NCBI GenBank assembly: GCA_965222625.1
Contig: OZ244962.1
Coordinates: 1,459,582 to 1,499,581 of the forward strand
Reading direction: 5' to 3'
Source: Gammaproteobacteria bacterium
GTDB lineage: Bacteria > Pseudomonadota > Gammaproteobacteria > PS1 > Pseudothioglobaceae
DNA: 40,000 bases
In this document: piece by piece, positions 10,201-17,940 of the stretch
Layout of the letters: the number at the start of each line of letters is the position of its first letter
How positions within the stretch are numbered: the first letter of the stretch is position 1
Notes under the pieces: generated by a model
Database searches by the model: none
What the model was told of the DNA's origin: nothing
Seen by the model: only the letters and a program-made list of their open reading frames with translations
Position numbers and translations under genes: made by a program

Positions 10201-10320
10201 TCAGCGTTAATTACTGTTGATGAAGCGGCTTGAATTAATGGGCGAGCTGGATCTACTCTGCATATAACAAAGATTAAATATTTATCTCAACCCCAGATAG
10301 CGCCTGCTCTTCAACTGAAA
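10201..10320 (-). repeat. Inverted-duplication arm B (120 bp)
   Basis: Reverse complement equals 7451-7570 apart from 3 substitutions. It abuts the right end of the IS3 element. Confidence 0.9.
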
Positions 10321-10718
10321 AATATAAAGGGGTCAGTGTTAATTAATGAATTCAAAACCCGCAGCACCTCAGCCACTTCTACTTGATTTATCCGCCCAAA
10401 ACATAAGCCGTCAAAAACAAGGCCGCTTGAATATCTGTTGCGCGGAAAACATGACTTCAGATAGCCACTAGCTGAATATTGCGCCCCGAACGCCATCCCT
10501 TTTTAACGAGCATATCATTCAGATATTATGCTAAAATTCGCCTAGTTAACAAGCTTAAAAACACGAATAAAAAGAGGCTTAACAACAAAGGAAAGACTTA
10601 TACAAAATTTTGTTAAAAATGTTTACGAAAAAAGCGGATTAAATTGTTATGGCCAAAACGCATACTCTAGCCTGTAAGGAGACTTGAAATTTTATTTGAT
10701 AGCTACCAATTCATTCTT

Positions 10719-12158
10719 GTGTTTTTGCCAATTACTTTTTGCATATATTTTTATCTAAACCATATAAACCTCACAGCAGGTGGCAAGTATTTTCTAATTT
10801 TAGCATCACTGGTTTTCTATAGTTGGTGGAACATTGCTTACCTACCTATTATATTAGTGTCTATCGCTTTTAACTATATTATTGGCATCCTTGTAGCCAA
10901 AAAAGAAAATGAATCCAAGCCTTATGCGAAATTAATTTTAACCTTTGGGGTGGTCTCAAATTTAGCACTGCTTGGCTATTTCAAATATAGTGATTTTTTT
11001 ATAGAAAGCATAAATCTAATTACCAGTAGCAACATAGAGCTATTAAACTTAGCCTTGCCTTTAGCAATATCCTTTTTTACTTTTCAGCAAATAGCCTATT
11101 TGGTAGATAGCTATAGACAGAAGGCACGAGTCAATAATTTCCCCAGTTATGTTTTATTTGTTACTTTCTTTCCTCAATTAATAGCCGGGCCGATAGTTCA
11201 TCACAAAGAGATGATGCCCCAATTTGCAAGAAAAAAATCGGATGTCATTAATTATCAAAATATTGTAATGGGCTTGTTTTTATTGTCTATCGGATTGTTT
11301 AAAAAAATAGTGATTGCTGACCAGTTCGCCATATGGGCAACAGCTGGGCATGACACTGCAAATACATTAAGTTTAATTGAAGCTTGGTGCACTTCATTAT
11401 CTTTTACTTTTCAATTGTATTTTGATTTCAGCGCTTATTCGGACATGGCGCTGGGGTTAGGGTTGCTGTTTAACATAAAATTACCCATTAATTTTAATAG
11501 CCCACTTAAGGCAACTTCACTCATTGAATTTTGGAGCCGGTGGCATATGACACTTACTCGATTTGCTGAAAAATATGTATTCAAGACAATGGTTAAATCA
11601 TTTAATACCTATAGCTTTTCAAAAGCGATGCTATCTGTATTTATTACCTTAATGGTTATTGCCATATGGCACGACGCAAATTGGTTGTTTTTGATATTTG
11701 GCCTTATACATGGAATTGGCGTGGTAATAAATCATGTTTGGAAGAAAAAAATTAGAATAAAAATTAATCGATATATTGCATGGTTTCTTACATTCAATAC
11801 TCTCAATATTTCTACAATATTCTCCAGGTCTCATGAATTAAAGGATGCCATCAAAGTACTAAGCTCAATGTTCAGCCTAGACAACATCGTATTACCAAAT
11901 ATGCTTTCTAGCTATTTAGGGTTTTTAGATAAATATGGCGTAACGTTTACGGAGTTCTTGGCCAATATAAATGGAGGGCAATCAACTTTGATTTGGCTCT
12001 TGCTTGGCTTTATCATCATTTTACTATTTAAAAATTCAAGTCAAATGGCAGCAGAAATTAAAATAAATCATAAAACTGCTGTGTTTTCAGGGGTTGTTTT
12101 TATTCTCTCATTATTAAGTTTGACCCAAGCATCTGAGTTTATATATTTTGAATTTTAA
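10719..12158 (+). CDS. MBOAT-family membrane O-acyltransferase (AlgI/DltB-like); true start probably upstream at 10689
   Basis: Multi-TM protein with the MBOAT His region (IAIWHDANW...GLIHGIG). The conserved N-terminus xLFDSYQFILVFLPI continues in frame upstream of GTG 10719 (see findings). Confidence 0.85.
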   Translation: MFLPITFCIYFYLNHINLTAGGKYFLILASLVFYSWWNIAYLPIILVSIAFNYIIGILVAKKENESKPYAKLILTFGVVSNLALLGYFKYSDFFIESINLITSSNIELLNLALPLAISFFTFQQIAYLVDSYRQKARVNNFPSYVLFVTFFPQLIAGPIVHHKEMMPQFARKKSDVINYQNIVMGLFLLSIGLFKKIVIADQFAIWATAGHDTANTLSLIEAWCTSLSFTFQLYFDFSAYSDMALGLGLLFNIKLPINFNSPLKATSLIEFWSRWHMTLTRFAEKYVFKTMVKSFNTYSFSKAMLSVFITLMVIAIWHDANWLFLIFGLIHGIGVVINHVWKKKIRIKINRYIAWFLTFNTLNISTIFSRSHELKDAIKVLSSMFSLDNIVLPNMLSSYLGFLDKYGVTFTEFLANINGGQSTLIWLLLGFIIILLFKNSSQMAAEIKINHKTAVFSGVVFILSLLSLTQASEFIYFEF

Positions 12159-12167
12159 GGAGCCCTT

Positions 12168-13262
12168 TTGAATTATCTAAAATGGATTAGCGTTTGGTTT
12201 GTCGCAGCAATAGTAACCCTACTATTAGTAGGCACACTAAATTATATAATCAGCCCTTACAATAGTCCTTATAGGCGGCTTTCAGAAATTAATTATTTTT
12301 CACTGGCTAAGCTTCTGGTAATAAAAACTTTTCAGGTAGATCAACTAGAGTATAAAGGCCTTGTACTTGGCGGTTCGAGAGCAGAATTTGGCTTTAGCCC
12401 AGAACATGATTATTTTATAAAGCCATCTTATAACTACGGCTCTCCTGGGAGCAGCGTATACGACACTAAACTAAAACTAAAACATGCCATTAAGACAAAT
12501 AATATTAAACAGGTAGTGTATGTCGCTGATTATGGAACATTTATCTTAAAAAAACAATCACAAGTCCCGAAAGACCTTTTTGCTGATGGTCAGAAATATT
12601 TTTACCTGTTTAGCACTGACACCTTAATCAATAGTTTTAAAAAAATATTCAAAACAGGGGCCTACCCAGTCTTAAGCAACGGTCAGAGAGAGCATTTTCA
12701 TCGCCAAAAAAATGTAAACGAAGCCGGCAGTCATGCCAAGTACTTCGCCATATATAAAGATTTCTACAAGGGATATTACCCTGCTTATCAATATCAGGAC
12801 ACCAAAAAAAACTCCTTTGATGATTTTGAAGAACTAATTGAAATTTGCTATAAAAACAATATCAAGCTAGACGTTGTTTTTGGACCATCTCATGTTGTAA
12901 TGTGGGAAATTTTAAACGACACCATAAGCTACAGCAAATGGTTAAAGTGGAAAAAAGATGTTGTTTTGTCCATGCAAAAAGTATCTGATCGATTTAACAA
13001 AGACCCGTACAGATTGTTCGATTTCTCTGTTTATCATAAATTGACGACCGAAAATGTGCCCACAGACCTTAAAGCACAGATGAAATATCATTGGGAACCA
13101 AGCCATTACAAGTCTGCATTAGGGGAGATCGTTTTAAACCGCCTAATAGGAGAGAGTAAGTTTAAAGAGTTTGGGGTAGAGCTAAATATTGACAATATTG
13201 AATCTCACTTAAATAACCAAAAAAATAACCGGCTTAAATATATAAGTTCTAAAAATCAATAA
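12168..13262 (+). CDS. Membrane-anchored hypothetical protein, probable extracytoplasmic partner of the MBOAT (SGNH/DltD-like role suspected)
   Basis: TTG start 5 nt after AAGGAG. N-terminal TM. A GGSRAEFG block and a C-terminal WEPSH resemble Ser...His acyl-esterase blocks. It lies 9 bp downstream of the MBOAT gene. Confidence 0.6.
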   Translation: MNYLKWISVWFVAAIVTLLLVGTLNYIISPYNSPYRRLSEINYFSLAKLLVIKTFQVDQLEYKGLVLGGSRAEFGFSPEHDYFIKPSYNYGSPGSSVYDTKLKLKHAIKTNNIKQVVYVADYGTFILKKQSQVPKDLFADGQKYFYLFSTDTLINSFKKIFKTGAYPVLSNGQREHFHRQKNVNEAGSHAKYFAIYKDFYKGYYPAYQYQDTKKNSFDDFEELIEICYKNNIKLDVVFGPSHVVMWEILNDTISYSKWLKWKKDVVLSMQKVSDRFNKDPYRLFDFSVYHKLTTENVPTDLKAQMKYHWEPSHYKSALGEIVLNRLIGESKFKEFGVELNIDNIESHLNNQKNNRLKYISSKNQ

Positions 13263-13606
13263 GATTTTGAGTCTCACCCTATTAAGGTCTGTAACCCAAG
13301 CTGTGTAAGTGCCAAAATCTGAAGTTTAAAACCGGCATTCTCCGCAAACCTCGCTAACGGAAAAAAACTGGCATCCCGTTTAGTAAATTACTGGAAGCGG
13401 CCTAAGTCTCTATTTTTGGGTTGCGCCAAAAATGAAAGGAATACAAATGTCGCTCCATCCCCAATATTGTGGCAAAATAAAAATAGAATTGGGAGTTAAT
13501 CTGCTCTATAATCACATAACATCAGGGCGCCGGGTGATAAATTAATGTTTAATGCCCATTACTTATGGCGCATCTAGCTTAGGCAAACTTATATTAACTT
13601 GAGAAA

Positions 13607-13837
13607 ATGAACAACAAAAACGCAATAGAAAGAACATATTATCAAGAAGACAACATTGACATAAGAAAAGTATTACGATCCCTCAGTGGGTATAAGTGGC
13701 TTATCTTTTGGAGTACAAGTGTCGCGTTGGTTTTGTCCGTTGTTGTTGCACTTTTGTGGCCCACTACCTACAAACATCCGTTTCTTTTTTATCGACAGAC
13801 GAGCCTTCTGTGCTTCTCATTAATCAAGCTAAAATGA
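13607..13837 (+). CDS. Wzz/PCP chain-length determinant, N-terminal fragment (cytoplasmic N-terminus + TM1), separated by a frameshift from the rest
   Basis: IDIRKVLRSLSGYKWLIFWSTSVALVLSVVVALLWPTTYK is a typical Wzz N-terminus plus TM1. The frame becomes nonsensical after ~13775 and stops at 13835-13837. Confidence 0.65.
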   Translation: MNNKNAIERTYYQEDNIDIRKVLRSLSGYKWLIFWSTSVALVLSVVVALLWPTTYKHPFLFYRQTSLLCFSLIKLK

Positions 13838-16023
13838 CAAGTGAGACAAGTCAGAGTCTATTTAAAAAGTTTTTAGATAAATTTAAGTCAAAAGAATTTC
13901 AGAAAAAAGTTTTTAATACCAATGGATACTTTGATAAGCTTAATGTGGAGGATGACGAAACTAAAAATAGTTTCTTTGCCAATTACTTAAACCAATCTGA
14001 TATAGAAAGTAGCCCGGTGGATAAAAATGCTTTTTTCCTTGAATCGATAGATTCATTTCAAGAGAATGTCGTTACCATCGTAAAAAACGAGGTCCAATCA
14101 ATATCAGAGCGGCCAGTTTCTTTTCATTGGGCTGGAAAACATCCTTTGGTTATGGAGAGTTTTTTAACCGACCTTGCTGCAAATGCAAATACCGAGGTTG
14201 TGGAAGAATCAATTGACCTTGTGAAGTATAAAATCGAGGCTCGCTTGAGTGAAATATCGAATCAAAAGTCATTATTACTTACATCAGCTAAAAACAATCG
14301 CCTGGCAAAAATTGAAAGAATAATAGTTGCCGACAAACAAAAAATAAGTGAAATTAATGGTCAAATTGATAGAGTTAGGGTCAAATTTAAAAAAGATCGT
14401 TTCACAGAAATCAAAAGAATTGAAGCCTCAAATGAACAAAAAATAGTCGAAATTAATGAACAAATAGATAGGTTGCGGGTTAAAGCTAAAAAGAATCGTT
14501 TGTTAGAGACCCAAAGAATTGAAGCATCAAACAAACAAAAAATAGTCGAAATTAATGAGCAAATAGATAGACTGCGGGTTAAAGCTAAAAAAAATCGTTT
14601 GTTAGAGACCCAAAGAATTGAAGCGTCCAATGAACAGAAAATAGCCGAAATTAATGAGCAAATAGATAGGCTGCGAGTTAAAGCTAAAAAAAATCGTTTG
14701 CTAGAAATCAAAAGAATTGAAGCATCAAACAAACAAAAAACAGTCGAAATTAATGAACAAGTCGATAGGCTGCGGGTTAAAGCTAAAAAGAATCGTTTTT
14801 TAGAGATCGAAAGAATTGAAGAGTCAAATAAACAAGAAATAAATGAGGCTACTAATTTAATTGATAGACTTCGAGTTAAGGCTAACGCAGTCCGCCTAAA
14901 TGAGATTAAAGAACTGACAGATGATTTGAAAATTTCTCGTAAGCTTAAGATTAAGTCTAATAACTTTAGTAGTTCTACCAAGAAGACTGGTGTCCTGTTG
15001 CTTGGCGCAGAGGACAAAAGATTACCCCGTTGGTATTTGTATGGCGAAGACGCATTGTATGAAGAGATTCAGATTCTTGAGGATAAAAAAAATGACGACT
15101 CATACATTCCGGAAGTTGTAAGCTTACAAAACAAGATTGTAAGGCTTCAATCTGATCAAAAGCTGCAATTTTTAAAGAATAGAGAAAATGACGACCCATA
15201 TATTCCAGAAATCGTAGGCCTGCAAAATCTAATTGTATCCATTGAGTCTGATCAAAAATTAAAAACCTTGGTGTCTAGAGAAAATGACGACCCTTATATC
15301 CCAGAAATTGTGGACCTGCAAAACCTAATTGTATCAACGGAATCTGATCAAAAATTAAAAGCGCTGGTGTCTAGAGAAAATGACGACCCATATCTTCCAG
15401 AAATTGTGGAGCTACAAAATGTAATTGTATCCATTGAATCTGATCAAAAATTAAAAGCCTTGGTATCTAGAAAAAATGACGACCCATATCTTCCGGAAAT
15501 TGTGGAGCTACAAAATGTAATTGTATCCATTGAATCTGATCAAAAATTAAAAGCCTTGGTATCTAGAAAAAATGACGACCCATATCTTCCGGAAATTGTG
15601 GACCTGCAAAATCTAATTGTATCCATTGAATCTGATCAAAAATTAAAAGCCTTGGTATCTAGAAAAAATGACGACCCCTATATCCCAGCAATCAACAACT
15701 TCCAAAATGAACTTCAAAAAATACAACACAATCAAGTGTTAAAAACATTGGAAGGCCAGGTTGATGACAGCCCTTTCATCTCAACCGAGATAAATAAATT
15801 AACCATAGAGGAGATTAAATTAAAGTCCTTTATGCCAAACACAAAAGGGGTTAACGCAATGCGCTTTAACCAGCGCCCCTACGCAAAACCTGATGGGCCT
15901 GACAAGAAGATGATAGTGGCAGGCGGCTTACTATTCGGGTTTATGTTAAGCTTTTTAATAGCCTTAATTGCCAGCCTACTATATAAGGAAACTGACTCGC
16001 CAAGCCTCCTGTCACAAGACTAA
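13696..16023 (+). CDS. Wzz/PCP polysaccharide co-polymerase, major part (periplasmic coiled-coil domain + Pro-rich motif + TM2)
   Basis: Long open frame overlapping 13607-13837 in another frame. The C-terminus RPYAKPDGPDKKMIVAGGLLFGFMLSFLIALIASLL is the PCP proline/glycine motif plus TM2. The first ~30 codons are unlikely to be native. Confidence 0.75.
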   Translation: MAYLLEYKCRVGFVRCCCTFVAHYLQTSVSFLSTDEPSVLLINQAKMTSETSQSLFKKFLDKFKSKEFQKKVFNTNGYFDKLNVEDDETKNSFFANYLNQSDIESSPVDKNAFFLESIDSFQENVVTIVKNEVQSISERPVSFHWAGKHPLVMESFLTDLAANANTEVVEESIDLVKYKIEARLSEISNQKSLLLTSAKNNRLAKIERIIVADKQKISEINGQIDRVRVKFKKDRFTEIKRIEASNEQKIVEINEQIDRLRVKAKKNRLLETQRIEASNKQKIVEINEQIDRLRVKAKKNRLLETQRIEASNEQKIAEINEQIDRLRVKAKKNRLLEIKRIEASNKQKTVEINEQVDRLRVKAKKNRFLEIERIEESNKQEINEATNLIDRLRVKANAVRLNEIKELTDDLKISRKLKIKSNNFSSSTKKTGVLLLGAEDKRLPRWYLYGEDALYEEIQILEDKKNDDSYIPEVVSLQNKIVRLQSDQKLQFLKNRENDDPYIPEIVGLQNLIVSIESDQKLKTLVSRENDDPYIPEIVDLQNLIVSTESDQKLKALVSRENDDPYLPEIVELQNVIVSIESDQKLKALVSRKNDDPYLPEIVELQNVIVSIESDQKLKALVSRKNDDPYLPEIVDLQNLIVSIESDQKLKALVSRKNDDPYIPAINNFQNELQKIQHNQVLKTLEGQVDDSPFISTEINKLTIEEIKLKSFMPNTKGVNAMRFNQRPYAKPDGPDKKMIVAGGLLFGFMLSFLIALIASLLYKETDSPSLLSQD
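14317..14910 (+). repeat. Tandem array A inside the PCP gene: 6 x 99 bp (33-aa unit RIEASNxQKIVEINEQIDRLRVKAKKNRLLExx)
   Basis: Unit starts at 14317, 14416, 14515, 14614, 14713 and 14812, exactly 99 bp apart. The outer units are more diverged. Confidence 0.92.
15091..15762 (+). repeat. Tandem array B inside the PCP gene: 7 x 96 bp (32-aa unit NDDPYxPEIVxLQNxIVSIESDQKLKALVSRx) plus a degenerate 8th unit
   Basis: Unit starts at 15091, 15187, 15283, 15379, 15475, 15571 and 15667. Units 4 and 5 differ at 1 of 96 nt. Confidence 0.92.
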
Positions 16024-16163
16024 ATAAATCTTGGTAAAACAATGAGCCTAAGTGCGCATACTAATGAATATGTTAAGACACAAAGCGCTGTCAAATAAAA
16101 CACTTCACTCGCGGTATCTAGTTATAATAAACTTTCTAGGTGTTGAAAAATGGAAGACTTTAG

Positions 16164-16925
16164 ATGATTAATGAGATATCAGACTTAATTATTTATTCAA
16201 AAGACCGGATAATAAACGCTCTTCAGCAAATAAATAATAATAAAAAAGGGTTTCTTATTGTCTGTGACGAAGAGCTTTTGTTTGACGTAAAGGGCGTCAT
16301 AACTGATGGTGACATTAGAAGAGCCATGATAAGTGGTTTGACTATAAATGACTCTGTCAAATTGGTTCTAAATAATAACTATGAGTGTGTTGCAGCTGAC
16401 GCAAATTTCCATGAGGTATGTGAAAAATTCAAATCGAGCAAAGTTGACTTCTTGCCTATATTAGACAATGAAAACAAGCTGTTTAATGTTTTAACAAAAA
16501 AGCAGTTTCATATTATGCTGCTGGACAATATCTCTTTCGACTTGACCTATGACTTTACAAGACTAGATAATGTCATTCTCGAACATGAGGTGTATAATCG
16601 TCCCTGGGGATTTTATAAGAGTACATTTTTAACGTCCCAAGCCCAAGCAAAAATTATAACCGTCTTCCCAAATAGTGAATTAAGCTTGCAGGAACACAAA
16701 AAAAGAGAAGAACATTGGATTATCATAAAAGGCACAGGGACCCTTGTTCTGGGCGAGTCCTATATTGATGTTTATCCAGGAAAATATGTTTACATCCCTA
16801 AAGGCTGCAAACATCAAATTATAAATAATACAGAGGAAAATATTGTTTTTTCAGAAGTACAGCTAGGCGAGTATTTTGGAGAAGACGATATTATTAGATA
16901 TTCAGACAAATATGGAAGGAAATAA
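16164..16925 (+). CDS. CBS-pair domain fused to a type-II phosphomannose-isomerase-type cupin
   Basis: The N-terminal ~120 aa are CBS-like. The C-terminus (RPWGFYKS...SLQEHKKREEHWIIIKGTG...IPKGCKHQIINN...VQLGEYFGEDDIIRYSDKYGR) matches the ManC/CpsB C-terminal PMI cupin pattern. Confidence 0.75.
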   Translation: MINEISDLIIYSKDRIINALQQINNNKKGFLIVCDEELLFDVKGVITDGDIRRAMISGLTINDSVKLVLNNNYECVAADANFHEVCEKFKSSKVDFLPILDNENKLFNVLTKKQFHIMLLDNISFDLTYDFTRLDNVILEHEVYNRPWGFYKSTFLTSQAQAKIITVFPNSELSLQEHKKREEHWIIIKGTGTLVLGESYIDVYPGKYVYIPKGCKHQIINNTEENIVFSEVQLGEYFGEDDIIRYSDKYGRK

Positions 16926-16926
16926 A

Positions 16927-17808
16927 ATGAGCTTTAATTTTGATTATAAAACCCCGAATGTTATAGCGGAGATAGGCTGTAACCATATGGGCGAGATGGA
17001 CATCGCAAAAGAACTTATCGATTTGGCAAAAGACGCTGGCGCTGGGTATGTAAAATTTCAAAAAAGAAATAACCGGGAGCTATTAACTGAAGAGCAATAT
17101 GCCGCACCTCACCCTATGCCCTCAAATTCTTATGGCGACACTTATGGGGCTCACAGAGAATTCCTAGAATTTAGTGTGGCGCAAAACAAAGAATTAAAAG
17201 AATATTGCGAAAGCATTGGCATTGTTTATAGCACATCAGTCTGGGATGTTACCAGCGCTAAAGAAATGATTAGCTTTGCTCCAGAATTCTTGAAGGTTCC
17301 ATCGGCTTGTAACAATAATTTTGACATGTTAGCTGTGCTTAGGGATGAATTTAAAGGCCAGGTGCAAATTTCTGTTGGCATGACACGTAAAGATGAAGTC
17401 GAAGAAATAGTAAGCTTTTTTGAAGATAAGAATCAAGCAAAGAATCGGCTGCTAATGTATTCTTGCACATCAGGTTACCCCGTTCCAGCAAAAGATGTTG
17501 CCCTGCTCGAGATTAATTGGCTTTATGACAACTTTGGAGAGCGAGTAAATGAGATAGGTTTTTCAGGCCATCATCTAGGTGTTTCTCTCGATATAGCCGC
17601 GTACACATTGGGCGCAAGATGGATCGAAAGGCATTTCACTAAGGATACAACGTGGAAAGGAACAGACCATTCTGCCTCACTTGAACCAGAAGGCTTAAAA
17701 GAACTTGTAAAAGATTTGAATTCTGTCTATGAAGCGCTCAACTATAAAAAAAGTGAGATATTGTCTATAGAGCAAGTGCAAAGAGATAAGTTAAAAAATA
17801 GAAAGTAA
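16927..17808 (+). CDS. Nonulosonic (sialic/KDN) acid 9-phosphate synthase-like enzyme, NeuB family, animal NANS-like, lacking a SAF domain
   Basis: ATG 16927 follows GGAAGGA. IAEIGCNHMG, KFQKR, YGDTYGAHREFLEFS and TWKGTDHSASLEPEGLKELV closely recall the animal N-acylneuraminate-9-phosphate synthase. The track start at 16876 overlaps the upstream gene. Confidence 0.8.
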   Translation: MSFNFDYKTPNVIAEIGCNHMGEMDIAKELIDLAKDAGAGYVKFQKRNNRELLTEEQYAAPHPMPSNSYGDTYGAHREFLEFSVAQNKELKEYCESIGIVYSTSVWDVTSAKEMISFAPEFLKVPSACNNNFDMLAVLRDEFKGQVQISVGMTRKDEVEEIVSFFEDKNQAKNRLLMYSCTSGYPVPAKDVALLEINWLYDNFGERVNEIGFSGHHLGVSLDIAAYTLGARWIERHFTKDTTWKGTDHSASLEPEGLKELVKDLNSVYEALNYKKSEILSIEQVQRDKLKNRK

Positions 17809-17873
17809 CTTAGGATTATTTTGTGCAATGTTATATTTGCTATCACCTCTAGGCTTTGGGTCTATTAAAATTA

Positions 17874-17908
17874 GTCATAGCGCATACTGTTTTCACCTGC
17901 GCTATGAC
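17874..17908 (+). terminator. Intergenic stem-loop (11-bp perfect stem GTCATAGCGCA / TGCGCTATGAC, 13-nt loop)
   Basis: Seen between the synthase and cytidylyltransferase genes. The T-rich run follows only after ~15 nt, so terminator function is uncertain. Confidence 0.25.
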
Positions 17909-17940
17909 TCACCTCTTCTTGTATTTTTTATGGTTAAAAA

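Larger units (their letters stand above)
8873..10203 (-). mobile_element. IS3-family insertion sequence (1331 bp), decayed
   Basis: 26-bp terminal IRs: TGAACATCCCCCAATAAACTGGACAC (8873-8898) against the reverse complement of 10178-10203 (TGACACTCCCCCAATAAACTGGACAC), 23/26 match. orfA plus a fragmented orfB. A AAA AAG slippery heptamer at 9831-9837 (minus strand). The 3-bp flanks differ (CTA vs GCG). Confidence 0.88.

Noticed and set aside
10311-10496. 61-aa minus-strand ORF next to inverted-duplication arm B
   Set aside because: No RBS and no recognisable family. It begins inside a rearranged region and its 3' end overlaps arm B and the repeated 21-nt motif. Likely spurious or a gene remnant.
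13360-13395. attC-like core pair CTAACGG ... CCGTTTAG in the intergenic region upstream of the PCP gene
   Set aside because: The second core is GTTTAGT, not GTTRRRY. The spacing is only ~20 nt with no inner arms, and it lies far from the integron. Most likely chance.
14361-15017. 218-aa minus-strand ORF antisense to the PCP repeat array A
   Set aside because: It is an artefact of the 99-bp tandem repeats being stop-free on the opposite strand. The product is itself a repeat of nonsense units, with no RBS.
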